DNA of 64,000 nucleotides from Gammaproteobacteria bacterium (GTDB taxonomy: Bacteria > Pseudomonadota > Gammaproteobacteria > SZUA-229), in the NCBI GenBank assembly GCA_015488295.1, contig WFOC01000058.1:22507-86506 (forward strand), given 5' to 3'. Below the pieces are notes generated by a model that was given only the letters and a program-made list of their open reading frames with translations, made no database searches and was not told the origin of the DNA. A program made the position numbers and the translations under genes. Position 1 is the stretch's first letter. Each line of letters starts with the position of its first letter. Shown here one piece after another: positions 37,770 through 46,958 of this stretch.

Positions 37770-37925
37770 TTTGACCATACTTATGTGGATCAAATTTTTT
37801 ATGGTAGTATTCGCTGCTGCTGGCAGTGAGGCGGTAGCCTCCAGAGTATTTTTGTACATCGCTGGATACTTGAATATTTTAAAAGGTGAGTTACCGTCTC
37901 GGGCATTGACCTGGGATCACATACA

Positions 37926-38816
37926 ATGCTCGACGTATACAAATCAGTTTATAATCTCAAAGGGCAGGCGTTCCGCTTAAGTCCCGACCATCACTTTTCT
38001 TTTGCGCATCCGACGTATGATGATGCCAAGTCTTATCTAAAATATGCAATCAATGAAGGTGAGGGTATTGTTGCCATCACCGGTGCGCCGGGCACGGGCA
38101 AAACCACATTAATTGCGGCCTTGATTGCAGAGCTTGATTCCTCACGGGTTCGTGTTGGCGTGGTGACAAATGTGCAGTTAAATTCAGGCGCGTTGGTTGA
38201 CATGGTGGTTGATGCCTTTTCCCTGCAAATTGATCGTTCTGACAGTGTTAATCTGATGTCTGAGTTTGTGGCGTTTTTAAAGCGTCAGAGTGAGGCTGGG
38301 CGGCGGGCTATTCTGATTGTTGATGAGGCGCAGGGCCTGTCTGCGGAGTTACTGGAAGAGCTGCGGCTGCTGTCTAACCTGCAGCACAATACGCGGTTGT
38401 TATTGCAGATCTTTCTTGTTGGGCAGGAGCCGCTGATGGACATCGTGAGATCGCCCGGTATGGAGCAGCTGCACCAGCGATTAATTGCGGCGGCGCAATT
38501 AAAGCCGCTGGACTTCAAGCAGACGGTTGATTATATCGAGCATCGTCTGCACTGTGTCGGCTGGGAAAACGATCCCTCTTTTACCGAAGAAGCGTTGAGT
38601 TTGATCCATAAATTCAGTGCCGGTGTGCCGCGCAGAATAAACCTCATTACGCATCGCCTGTTTTTGCATGCGGGCCTGGAAGAAAAGCATAAACTGGTCG
38701 GTGGTGATGCCCTGCATGTGATTGTTGAACTGCATAAAGAGGGGTTGCTGACCCCCGTGGCCAGGCGCGAGCTGGGTGAGTATGTTTCCGGCATAAAGGA
38801 CATGGCAACAAGCTAG
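37926..38816 (+). CDS. ExeA/GspA-like AAA ATPase, PEP-CTERM locus type
   Basis: N-terminus Y.LKGQAFRLSPDHHF, Walker A GAPGTGKTT, Walker B ILIVDEAQ, then the LRLLSNL block typical of this family. Confidence 0.8.
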   Translation: MLDVYKSVYNLKGQAFRLSPDHHFSFAHPTYDDAKSYLKYAINEGEGIVAITGAPGTGKTTLIAALIAELDSSRVRVGVVTNVQLNSGALVDMVVDAFSLQIDRSDSVNLMSEFVAFLKRQSEAGRRAILIVDEAQGLSAELLEELRLLSNLQHNTRLLLQIFLVGQEPLMDIVRSPGMEQLHQRLIAAAQLKPLDFKQTVDYIEHRLHCVGWENDPSFTEEALSLIHKFSAGVPRRINLITHRLFLHAGLEEKHKLVGGDALHVIVELHKEGLLTPVARRELGEYVSGIKDMATS

Positions 38817-38863
38817 TCGTCCTGATTGCTGTCATCATTGGTCTTGTGATCTAACTCCCTTCA

Positions 38864-39790
38864 GTGTTTATAAGACGCAACCACTTTAGAAATATTGTTC
38901 TGGTTGTCACGCTTTGTTTGCTGTTTCTGCCGCTGCCGGTAAGCAGTCTGTGGTGGCGAGAGCTTTTCAATAGCGGGCATACGGTATTGTTTGCCCTGTT
39001 GTCATTTGTTATCTATCAGCAGGTAAAGGCGGCAGCATTTCTTTCAGGCACCCTGGTGCGATACTTTCTTGTGCTGCTGATCGGGATTTCGCTGGCTGTT
39101 TTGACAGAGCTGCTGCAGGGTTTCGTGCAGCGAGATGCCAGCCTTGCTGATTTATACAGTGATGTTTTTGGCCTGCTGGCCGGGCTGTGCCTGATCGCAG
39201 GGTATGAGCTGAAAAAAAATCAGGCCAGAAAAAAAGTCGTGGCTTTGTTAGTCGCAGGCGGCGGTTTTCTATTGATTGGTGTGTTACCGCTGCTTCAATT
39301 GAGCTGGTCTTACGCCGAGCGACAGCAAGCCTTTCCGGTGATCGCAGATTTTGGTGCAGACTGGACATTCCGTTTTCTTCGTCTGGATGATGCTGTTTTT
39401 TTGAAGCAAACACGCCAGAGCCGGGAAAAAGCCGTGTACCCTGTTCAGTTTAATCGTGGTGAATATCCGGGAATTTCGCTTACCGAGACGGAGCCTGACT
39501 GGTCGGGCTACCACTTTCTGCGTTTTAATATTTTTTCAGAAAATGAAAAGAGCATTATGCTGACCTTGCGGATTCATGATGTGAAACATAATCTGCAATT
39601 TTCTGACAGGTTCAATATGCGGCTGATAATCCGGCCGGGCTTAAACAGGATCAACGTACCGCTGCACCTGGTCGCCCGGGCACCGCGTGATCGTGATCTT
39701 GATCTGGCAAATGTCGCCGGTGTTATATTGTTTGTTCATGAGCCGCATGAACCTGTGCGGCTTGGGGTAAGTAATATTTATCTGGAATAA
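38864..39790 (+). CDS. VanZ-like membrane domain fused to an uncharacterised beta-rich C-terminal domain
   Basis: VanZ signature TELLQGFVQRDASLADLYSDVFGLLAG within 4-5 TM helices. About 150 aa of soluble, beta-strand-like C-terminus (YPGISLTETEPDWSGYHFLRFNIFSENEKSIMLTLRIHD...). GTG start with a weak RBS. Confidence 0.6.
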   Translation: MFIRRNHFRNIVLVVTLCLLFLPLPVSSLWWRELFNSGHTVLFALLSFVIYQQVKAAAFLSGTLVRYFLVLLIGISLAVLTELLQGFVQRDASLADLYSDVFGLLAGLCLIAGYELKKNQARKKVVALLVAGGGFLLIGVLPLLQLSWSYAERQQAFPVIADFGADWTFRFLRLDDAVFLKQTRQSREKAVYPVQFNRGEYPGISLTETEPDWSGYHFLRFNIFSENEKSIMLTLRIHDVKHNLQFSDRFNMRLIIRPGLNRINVPLHLVARAPRDRDLDLANVAGVILFVHEPHEPVRLGVSNIYLE

Positions 39791-39923
39791 TTCTGAATAA
39801 TGCAGCGCTTCACTGGTTAATTTATCGAGAAGTGCTAAGATTCTAATATACTATTTTATCTGTTCTGCTATGGGGAATTTCTGCCCTGGTGTTATTAACT
39901 TAAGGATATGTTTGGTTGCTGCT

Positions 39924-41345
39924 ATGGGCACCGTAAAATTTTTTCGCCATTCAACAAAGCTATCGAGATACTATATTCCAACGGAATTTGTCATCCTTGC
40001 GGCCATTGAATTTCTGGTTTTAATCTTCTCTTTGTATCTCGCGCTGGAAGTACGCTTCTGGAATAATGACTGGCACACTGATTTTGGCAGCTTTATGCCC
40101 AAAGCGCTGGTTTACGCTATCGTCATGCAGCTTAGCCTGCTGGCGTTTGGTCTTTATCAGCGGCAGACCGGGCGTTTTATTAATATGCTGGTGTTGCGTA
40201 TTGCCAGCGGTCTTTTGCTGGGCTTGATCCCGCTGGGTGTCAGCTTTTACTTCCTGCCTTCTTTTTTTCTTGGTCGCGGTGTTTTGTTCCTGGCGGTTCT
40301 TTTCAGTTTTCTGTTTATCGCCATCGTTCGTCTGTTTTTCAGAAAGGTTGTTAAAGAGCAAAGCATGTGGACGCGGGTGTTGGTGTTGGGCGCGGGTGAA
40401 AAAGCCGGCCTGATTCGTGAAGCTGTGAAAAAGGGGGAGATTCGCGGTCTGAATATCGTGATGTGCATTCCGCTGCCGGGAGATAAAGACACCTCTGATA
40501 AAGAAACCATTCGTTCGCTGGAAAAACCTCTGGTGAAATATGTTGAAGACCTTGATATCGATGAAATAGTCATCGCGGTTGATGATCGCCGCTCGCGCGG
40601 GTTTCCGACGAAAGAGCTTATCGACTGTAAGATGAGTGGTGTGAACATCGTGGATCTGGTGACTTTTTTCGAGCGTCGTGCCGGAAAAATTCGGCTGGAT
40701 ATGCTGAACCCGAGCTGGCTGTATTTATCGGAGGGTTTCCAGATGGGAACGCTTCGACGTATAGGTAAGAGGGTTTTTGATATATCAGTGGTGATGCTGT
40801 TGCTGCCGGTTGCCTTGCCGTTTGCCATTCTGGTTAGTGTGGCAATTTTTGTAGAAAGCAAAGGACGCGGCGGGGTTCTGTATAGCCAGATTCGGGTAAA
40901 GCAGGATGGCCTGCCGTTCAAGATATATAAATTCCGCAGCATGGTAACCAATGCGGAAAAAGATGGTGTGCCGCAGTGGGCTTCAAAAAATGATTCGCGC
41001 ATTACCCGCGTTGGCAAGATTATTCGTAAAGGACGGCTTGATGAGCTGCCGCAGCTGTTTAATGTTTTAAATGGCGATATGAGTTTTGTTGGTCCCAGAC
41101 CCGAGCGGCCTGAGTTTGTCGAGAAACTCGCCAAGGCCGTGCCTTATTATGAGGAGAGGCACCGGGTCAAGCCGGGTTTAACGGGTTGGGCGCAGGTGTG
41201 TTATTCCTATGGTGATACAGTGGGTGACAGCATCGAAAAATTACAATATGACCTGTATTATGTTAAGAATTACAGCATGTTACTAGATATGCTGATTCTG
41301 TTACAGACAGCAGAAGTGGTTATGTTGGGCAAGGGTGCGCAGTAG
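39924..41345 (+). CDS. Priming polyprenyl-phosphate sugar-phosphate transferase (EpsB/WbaP-like, PEP-CTERM locus type)
   Basis: N-terminal TM bundle, then the bacterial sugar transferase domain (KIYKFRSM, DELPQLFNVLNGDMSFVGPRP, KPGLTGWAQV). The start at ATG 39924 (MGTVKFFRHS...) is preferred over the track start at 39870. Confidence 0.85.
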   Translation: MGTVKFFRHSTKLSRYYIPTEFVILAAIEFLVLIFSLYLALEVRFWNNDWHTDFGSFMPKALVYAIVMQLSLLAFGLYQRQTGRFINMLVLRIASGLLLGLIPLGVSFYFLPSFFLGRGVLFLAVLFSFLFIAIVRLFFRKVVKEQSMWTRVLVLGAGEKAGLIREAVKKGEIRGLNIVMCIPLPGDKDTSDKETIRSLEKPLVKYVEDLDIDEIVIAVDDRRSRGFPTKELIDCKMSGVNIVDLVTFFERRAGKIRLDMLNPSWLYLSEGFQMGTLRRIGKRVFDISVVMLLLPVALPFAILVSVAIFVESKGRGGVLYSQIRVKQDGLPFKIYKFRSMVTNAEKDGVPQWASKNDSRITRVGKIIRKGRLDELPQLFNVLNGDMSFVGPRPERPEFVEKLAKAVPYYEERHRVKPGLTGWAQVCYSYGDTVGDSIEKLQYDLYYVKNYSMLLDMLILLQTAEVVMLGKGAQ

Positions 41346-41506
41346 CACGGTTATTGCCAGCGAGTCAGACTGGAGCCGTTCTTCCCGTAATCGTGGGATT
41401 TCATCTTTGTATTGTTTGAGATAGAATCGGGGTCGATAAGCGTATTAAAAGAGCATTTAAAGTGCAGATTACTCAGAATTATTATTAAATGATAGGGAGG
41501 TGGTGA

Positions 41507-41902
41507 ATGGTTCTTTGGCGTTATTTGAAAAATGCATCACTGTTGTCGAGTATTATCTTTTTATCGGCATGTAGTGGCGGTGATGGTGGAAGCATTAACA
41601 GTGGCGGTAGTGTTGTAGGCAGTATTGGTACGGGTAATAGCAGCATGGCTTTAAGCTGGACGGCACCTTCTACGAGGGCGGATAATACGCCTTTGTCTTT
41701 AGTGGACATAGCCGGTTACCGAATTTACTATGGCGTTGAAAAAGGCAGCTATCTTGCCTGGACAGAAATTCCTGATGGCACGGTAACGCAAGCGACAATA
41801 TCGGGTATTCCTTTGGGTACGTATTTTGTTGCAATGACAACGATAGAAGGTGAGGGGCTGGAAAGTGGCTACTCTCCCGAGCTTAAAATGGCTGCAAAAT
41901 AA
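41507..41902 (+). CDS. Small lipoprotein with a fibronectin type III-like domain
   Basis: GGGAGG RBS and lipobox FLSAC. LSWTAPSTRADNTPL..IAGYRIYYG...ATISGIPLGTYFVAMT is an FN3-like pattern. Confidence 0.65.
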   Translation: MVLWRYLKNASLLSSIIFLSACSGGDGGSINSGGSVVGSIGTGNSSMALSWTAPSTRADNTPLSLVDIAGYRIYYGVEKGSYLAWTEIPDGTVTQATISGIPLGTYFVAMTTIEGEGLESGYSPELKMAAK

Positions 41903-41960
41903 TTTTAAATAAAGCTGTGAGCTGTTTTCTTGCGTAAGTGCTTAATACAGTAGCTTTTTA

Positions 41961-41986
41961 GTCCGCCGCAAAGGCGGTTTTTTTTT
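41961..41986 (+). terminator. Rho-independent terminator
   Basis: Stem ccgcc / ggcgg with loop gcaaa, followed by nine T. Confidence 0.75.
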
Positions 41987-42045
41987 GCCTGTATGAAGAT
42001 GGTTTCCGGGGCCGAAGCTTGCGGGACTTGAGCTTTGGCAGAAAC

Positions 42046-42075
42046 AAAAAAGCTCCTCAAAGAGGAGCTTTTTTT
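42046..42075. terminator. Bidirectional Rho-independent terminator
   Basis: aaaaa-agctcctc-aaa-gaggagct-tttttt. It lies 26 nt after the stop of the minus-strand PEP-CTERM gene. Confidence 0.8.
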
Positions 42076-42100
42076 AGTGGCGTTTTGAATAAGCCGGTGA

Positions 42101-42895
42101 TCAGGTTTTTCTGCGCTGGCTAACACCAACACCGATCAGGCCAAGTGCCAGTAAGCCGAGGATGGCTGGCTCAGGCACAGCGTATTCGCCTTCGATGGTG
42201 TCGTTACCGCAGGTCATGCCCCAGTGCAAAGCAATGGTATCGCTCTGTGCCAGGCTGGTGCCAGTAAGGTCGATCATGAAATTGATTTTGCCTACGGTGC
42301 TATCGGTGTCAGCAACAACATTCCATGAGCCATTCTGGAGGGTTTCGTCGCTGCTCTTCATGCTGGTATCGACAGCAATCTCCTGGCCATTTCGGAAGGT
42401 TCCGCTGGACAGAAAGTCTTCACTTAACAGGGTGTCGCTGTCGTCACCGGTCAGGCTGTAGAGCGTGCCGGTGCCGCCGGTATTTGACCAGCGGTCATCC
42501 AGTGAGAAAGCGTAAGACCAGGTGGTGCCGGTCAGATAATTATCGTTGGCGTAACGTGAAGCGCTTTCATCAGGGGTCCAGGTATCGCTCAGGAACAGGT
42601 CGCCGTAGGCGATGCCCTTGCCGTTAGAAATATCGTTATTGGTGAGGCGTGTATATGACCCGCTTCTGCCCGCGAAATTGGTGTTAATGGTGACAGATAA
42701 AAAGTCATCTTTGCGTTCGACATCCATACTGATGATGTCAAACCAGGAGTTGCGACCGATAACGTCACCATAGCCATGGTCTTCGCCGCCCCAGTAACCA
42801 TCAGTGATGGTGGTGGGGGTTGCAAATGATGGCTGTGCAACAGCCAGGCATAATATTGCTGAGATGCCGGCAGATAAGAGTAGCTTTCTGTTCAT
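42101..42895 (-). CDS. PEP-CTERM sorting-domain secreted protein
   Basis: Start set at the internal ATG 42895 (AGGAAA RBS; MNRKLLLSAGISAILCLAVAQPSFA|TP). C-terminus is VPEPAILGLLALGLIGVGVSQRRKT. Confidence 0.85.
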   Translation of the reverse strand: MNRKLLLSAGISAILCLAVAQPSFATPTTITDGYWGGEDHGYGDVIGRNSWFDIISMDVERKDDFLSVTINTNFAGRSGSYTRLTNNDISNGKGIAYGDLFLSDTWTPDESASRYANDNYLTGTTWSYAFSLDDRWSNTGGTGTLYSLTGDDSDTLLSEDFLSSGTFRNGQEIAVDTSMKSSDETLQNGSWNVVADTDSTVGKINFMIDLTGTSLAQSDTIALHWGMTCGNDTIEGEYAVPEPAILGLLALGLIGVGVSQRRKT

Positions 42896-42933
42896 GGGAT
42901 TTTCCTGATTTATTAAATTTATGCTAGTAGCTA

Positions 42934-42949
42934 TACAATTAGCGTGCCA
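42934..42949 (-). promoter_or_regulatory. Sigma-54-like promoter with an imperfect -12 box
   Basis: The minus strand reads TGGCACgctaaTTGTA, which is 15/16 to TGGCAC-N5-TTGCW, but the mismatch hits the -12 GC (GT instead). It lies 39 nt upstream of the ATG at 42895. Confidence 0.3.
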
Positions 42950-43397
42950 GCGCAAGTACTGTCTATAAAAAACAATGTGTTAGCGAAATGTTGTTAATAT
43001 GACACCTTAAATTGAGCAAAAAATAACCAGCTATGATTTATAGTGTAAAGTTTTTAAGATGTTTTAAGAGTTAGCCTGATTCTGTTCTGTATTGAGAGGG
43101 GGTTGTTTGTCAGGGATAAGCGGGGAAAGAAAGAAAAATATTATATAAAACATATGGTTGCGAGTGGTTTTTGGGGTTTTCTACTGTGCGAAGAATTTTG
43201 GAGAGGTGTAAAATTTTGTGACGGTTGAGCTGTTGGTCGGTGGGATATGGCTCTGTATACGGGGAGGTTGCTGCGTCACAGAAATGGCCGCCTGCCCACC
43301 GGAAGTATTACTGTAAAAAAATGTTACACAAGGTATACAAGCTGTAAACTACAGTTAAAAACGGATAGTAAAATAGTAAACTTGGACAATAGTTAAG

Positions 43398-45497
43398 ATG
43401 AATTTGGGTTTATACAGTTATCTGGGCGCAGGGCTGGCGTATGGCTTTTTTGCTGTGTTGCTATTGTTCAGCTGGCGTGAGAGCCTGCAGGGAAAGCTGA
43501 TTTTTATCGCGATGCTGGTCAGCGCCTGCTGGGCGCTTATTGCATCGCAGATTGCGCTTCATAAAGAATCCTATCTTCTGTCATACCAGATTTTCGAGAT
43601 CCTTCGCTACATCGCCTGGTATGTGTTCCTGTTCAAGCTGTTCGATGTTGCTCTGTCCGGCGACTCCTCGCACCGTGCGCAAAGGCAGAGCTATCGAAAA
43701 TTTGTGCGCTGGGCGCTGCCTCTCAGTGTCGGTTTTGCCGCATTATTGCTGCTGAATGGGCTTCTTGTCGCCACCCTTAAGTTACCGGGGCAGTTTGTTT
43801 TTGGCATTATCGGTAATGTAATTCTTGCACTTGTCGGCCTGGCCATTATCGAGCAATTGTTTCGTAATACCTCACCACATTATCGCTGGGCGACCAAATA
43901 CCTGTTCTTTGGTGCCGGCGGAATTTTTGTTTTTGACTTTTATCTGTATGCAGATGCGCTGCTGTTCAGAAGTGTTGACCAGGGCTTATGGGAAGCGCGT
44001 GGTGTGGTGCATGTGGCGGCAGTGCCTCTGCTGGCGATCTCTTCTGCACGTAATAAAAACTGGTCGCTTAATATTTTTGTCTCGCGCGATATTGTTCTGA
44101 ATACCACGGCTATTCTCAGTGGCGGTTTTTATCTGCTGGCAATGGCAGGGGCGGGTTATTACCTGAGAGAGTTTGGTGGAGACTGGGGCAAGGTTGGCCA
44201 GGTAACGTTTTTGACGCTGGCAGTAGTGTTTTTATTTGTGGTGCTGACATCGTCGCAGGTGCGTGCCAGAACCAAAGTGTTTTTGAGCAAGCATTTTTAC
44301 AAGAACAAATATGACTATCGTATCGAGTGGCTGCGCCTGACCGAAGACCTGAAAGTTGATCTGGACAACAAGGAGCACAATAAAACAGTGATCGAGGCCA
44401 TGGCGCATATTGTTGATGCCCGTGCCGGGTCATTGTGGCTGCGCGATGAAAAAGGGGACTATAAAAATGTAGATTCCTGGCAGAGCGGTCTTCAGGAACA
44501 TGTGCTGGCGGGCGATGCTTCGTTGATAACTTTTATGGATAAAAAAGGTTTTGTTATCAACCTGAAAGAATTATCCAGCCATGCCGACGAATACAGGGGA
44601 CTGACCCTGCCCGACTGGCCGCTGCAAACGGGTCAGCCCTGGCTGATTGTTCCATTGCATGGTATCCATGTGCTGCAGGGGTTTGTTGTGCTGGCCAACC
44701 CGCTTATTGATCGCACGATCAACTGGGAAGACCGGGATCTGCTGAAAACGGCAGCCAAGCAGATCACCAGTTACCTGACTGTGCTGACGACTTCGGCGCA
44801 GCTGGCCGAAGCCAAGCAGTTCGAAGTGTTCACCCGACTCTCGGCCTATATGGTGCATGATCTGAAAAACATCGCCGCCGAACTTGAGCTGATAGCCGTT
44901 AACGCTAAAAAACATACATCAAACCCCGAGTTTATTGAGGATGCTTTCGGCACGGTGGAAAATGCTGCTGCAGACATCAATCGCCTGCTGGCGCAATTGC
45001 GTAACCGGCGAGTGGAAGAGGAGAAAAAAATGCAGGTGGATCTGGTTGAGCTGGTGAGAGAGGTTATCGAAACCAGAAAGCAGTTGTTACCTGTGCCTCA
45101 GTTCAGATTGATTTCAGAGTCTGGCATGGTGTCTCTGGAAAAGCAGCGTTTTGCCAACGTGCTTGCGCACCTGATAGAAAACGCACAGCAGGCGACACCG
45201 GATGATGGTGAAATTGTTGTTACCTTGTCCAGCACGGAAAAAATGCACATAATAGGTATCAAGGATACCGGTCATGGCATGGATGATGACTTTATCAGAA
45301 ACCGCCTGTTCAAGCCTTTTGATACCACAAAAGGCAACGCCGGCATGGGCATCGGCATGTATGAAAGCCGGGAATTTATTCGTCAGCTGGGTGGTGATAT
45401 CAATGTGCAAAGTAATCCTGGAAAAGGGTCTATAATCACCCTGCACATTCCCTCGGGTTTGTCTCAAAGCGACGATTTAGATGCCCTGATTGCATGA
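43398..45497 (+). CDS. prsK: PEP-CTERM system sensor histidine kinase PrsK
   Basis: About 300 aa of polytopic N-terminus, a GAF-like middle, H-box YMVHDLKNI, N/G boxes ENAQQAT and GMGIGMYESREF. Immediately upstream of prsR. Confidence 0.85.
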   Translation: MNLGLYSYLGAGLAYGFFAVLLLFSWRESLQGKLIFIAMLVSACWALIASQIALHKESYLLSYQIFEILRYIAWYVFLFKLFDVALSGDSSHRAQRQSYRKFVRWALPLSVGFAALLLLNGLLVATLKLPGQFVFGIIGNVILALVGLAIIEQLFRNTSPHYRWATKYLFFGAGGIFVFDFYLYADALLFRSVDQGLWEARGVVHVAAVPLLAISSARNKNWSLNIFVSRDIVLNTTAILSGGFYLLAMAGAGYYLREFGGDWGKVGQVTFLTLAVVFLFVVLTSSQVRARTKVFLSKHFYKNKYDYRIEWLRLTEDLKVDLDNKEHNKTVIEAMAHIVDARAGSLWLRDEKGDYKNVDSWQSGLQEHVLAGDASLITFMDKKGFVINLKELSSHADEYRGLTLPDWPLQTGQPWLIVPLHGIHVLQGFVVLANPLIDRTINWEDRDLLKTAAKQITSYLTVLTTSAQLAEAKQFEVFTRLSAYMVHDLKNIAAELELIAVNAKKHTSNPEFIEDAFGTVENAAADINRLLAQLRNRRVEEEKKMQVDLVELVREVIETRKQLLPVPQFRLISESGMVSLEKQRFANVLAHLIENAQQATPDDGEIVVTLSSTEKMHIIGIKDTGHGMDDDFIRNRLFKPFDTTKGNAGMGIGMYESREFIRQLGGDINVQSNPGKGSIITLHIPSGLSQSDDLDALIA

Positions 45498-45547
45498 GCG
45501 GTCGGGTGATTTTGTAATTTTAATTTTAAGGAAATTAATATCAGGTT

Positions 45548-46915
45548 ATGGCAGACAATGCATTAAAACCGCTGCTGGTTGTTGAAGACAACCCGGGGTT
45601 GCAGAAGCAGTTAAAGTGGTCTTTTGAAGGTTATCAGGTATACCTCGCCGGTGATCGTGTTTCAGCGATCAAGCTACTGCAGAAACATCAGATACCCGTG
45701 GTCACCCTGGATCTTGGCTTGCCGCCGGATCCAGCGAATGCCAGTGAAGGCCTGGCTGCGCTGAAAGAAATCCTGAAGCTGGCACCTCACACAAAAGTCA
45801 TCGTTGTGACCGGCAATGATGATCGTCAGAATGCGCTGGAAGCCATTTCCTGTGGTGCATATGATTTTTATCAAAAGCCGATAGAGCCGAGTGTTCTGGG
45901 TCTCATTGTTGATCGCGCCTATCAGCTGTATGAGCTGGAAGAAGAGAACCGGCAGCTGGCGCTGGCAGGCCGGGATTCACCGCTTGATGGCATCATCGGT
46001 GCCAGCGCACCCATGCTGGCGGCCTGTCGACTGGTGGAAAAAGTTGGGCCAACGGACGCAACTTCGCTGGTGCTGGGTGAAAGCGGCACCGGTAAAGAAC
46101 TGTTTGCCAGCGCCCTGCACCGCCTTAGTTCACGCAAGGACAAACCCTTTGTTGCTCTCAACTGCGCCGCCATTCCCGATAACCTGCTGGAGAGTGAGCT
46201 GTTCGGTTACGAAAGAGGCGCTTTCACCGGTGCGGTAAAGCAGACCAAAGGCAAGATTGAAACCGCCAATGGTGGCACATTGTTTCTTGATGAAATCGGC
46301 GACATGCCGATGCCATTGCAGGCAAAAATGCTGCGTTTTTTACAGGAGCGAGTGATCGAGCGCCTGGGCGGGCGCAGCACTATAGAGGTTGATGTGCGTA
46401 TCATCTGCGCGACCCATCGCAACCTCAGCCAGCTTATTGAAAGCGGTGAGTTTCGAGAAGATCTTTTTTTCCGTATCAGTGAAATTGTTATCGAAATCCC
46501 CGCCTTGCGTGATCGCGAAGGTGACAAGGCGCTGTTGGCGCAGACTTTTCTGGATAACTTCAGCAAGAAAAATGGCCGCAGCTTTCGCGGTTTTGCCGAG
46601 TCGGCACGTGCCGAAATTGATGCCTATGAATGGCCGGGTAATGTGCGGGAGCTGGAAAACCGGATAAAACGTGCCGTGGTACTGGCTGAGGGTAAACAGA
46701 TTCTGGCGACTGATCTGGGTTTTGTTGAAAATGAGGATCGCGTGTTGTCACTGAATCTGCGTGAAGCCAGGGAGCGAACCGAGCGAGAAGTTATTCAGCG
46801 CGCCCTGTCTATCTACAATAATAATGTGACTCATGCGGCAGAAGCGTTGGGTATCAGCCGGCCTTCTTTATATAGTCTGATCAAGAAGCTGGGTATGCCG
46901 GAACCCGGGAAGTAA
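45548..46915 (+). CDS. prsR: PEP-CTERM-box response regulator PrsR (NtrC-family sigma-54 activator)
   Basis: Receiver domain (VVEDN...TLDLGLPP), AAA+ domain (GESGTGKE, the GAFTGA sigma-54 contact loop, FLDEIGDM), and C-terminal HTH AAEALGISRPSLYSLIKKLG. Confidence 0.9.
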   Translation: MADNALKPLLVVEDNPGLQKQLKWSFEGYQVYLAGDRVSAIKLLQKHQIPVVTLDLGLPPDPANASEGLAALKEILKLAPHTKVIVVTGNDDRQNALEAISCGAYDFYQKPIEPSVLGLIVDRAYQLYELEEENRQLALAGRDSPLDGIIGASAPMLAACRLVEKVGPTDATSLVLGESGTGKELFASALHRLSSRKDKPFVALNCAAIPDNLLESELFGYERGAFTGAVKQTKGKIETANGGTLFLDEIGDMPMPLQAKMLRFLQERVIERLGGRSTIEVDVRIICATHRNLSQLIESGEFREDLFFRISEIVIEIPALRDREGDKALLAQTFLDNFSKKNGRSFRGFAESARAEIDAYEWPGNVRELENRIKRAVVLAEGKQILATDLGFVENEDRVLSLNLREARERTEREVIQRALSIYNNNVTHAAEALGISRPSLYSLIKKLGMPEPGK

Positions 46916-46958
46916 ATCGTTTGCTGACGCGACGTAAAACTCACACCTCAAAGTAAGA

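Noticed and set aside
36787-37925. tRNA-Arg as the attachment site of a genomic island carrying the EPS locus.
   Set aside because: The EPS locus lies on the 5' side of the tRNA. No integrase and no direct repeat of the tRNA 3' end were seen anywhere in the window. The idea remains untestable here.
37771-37980. 69-aa ORF (TTG start) between the micro-ORF and the ATPase gene.
   Set aside because: It has a non-ATG start without an RBS, overlaps the ATPase start by 55 nt, and has no motif. The shorter 38-aa ORF upstream has much better translation signals.
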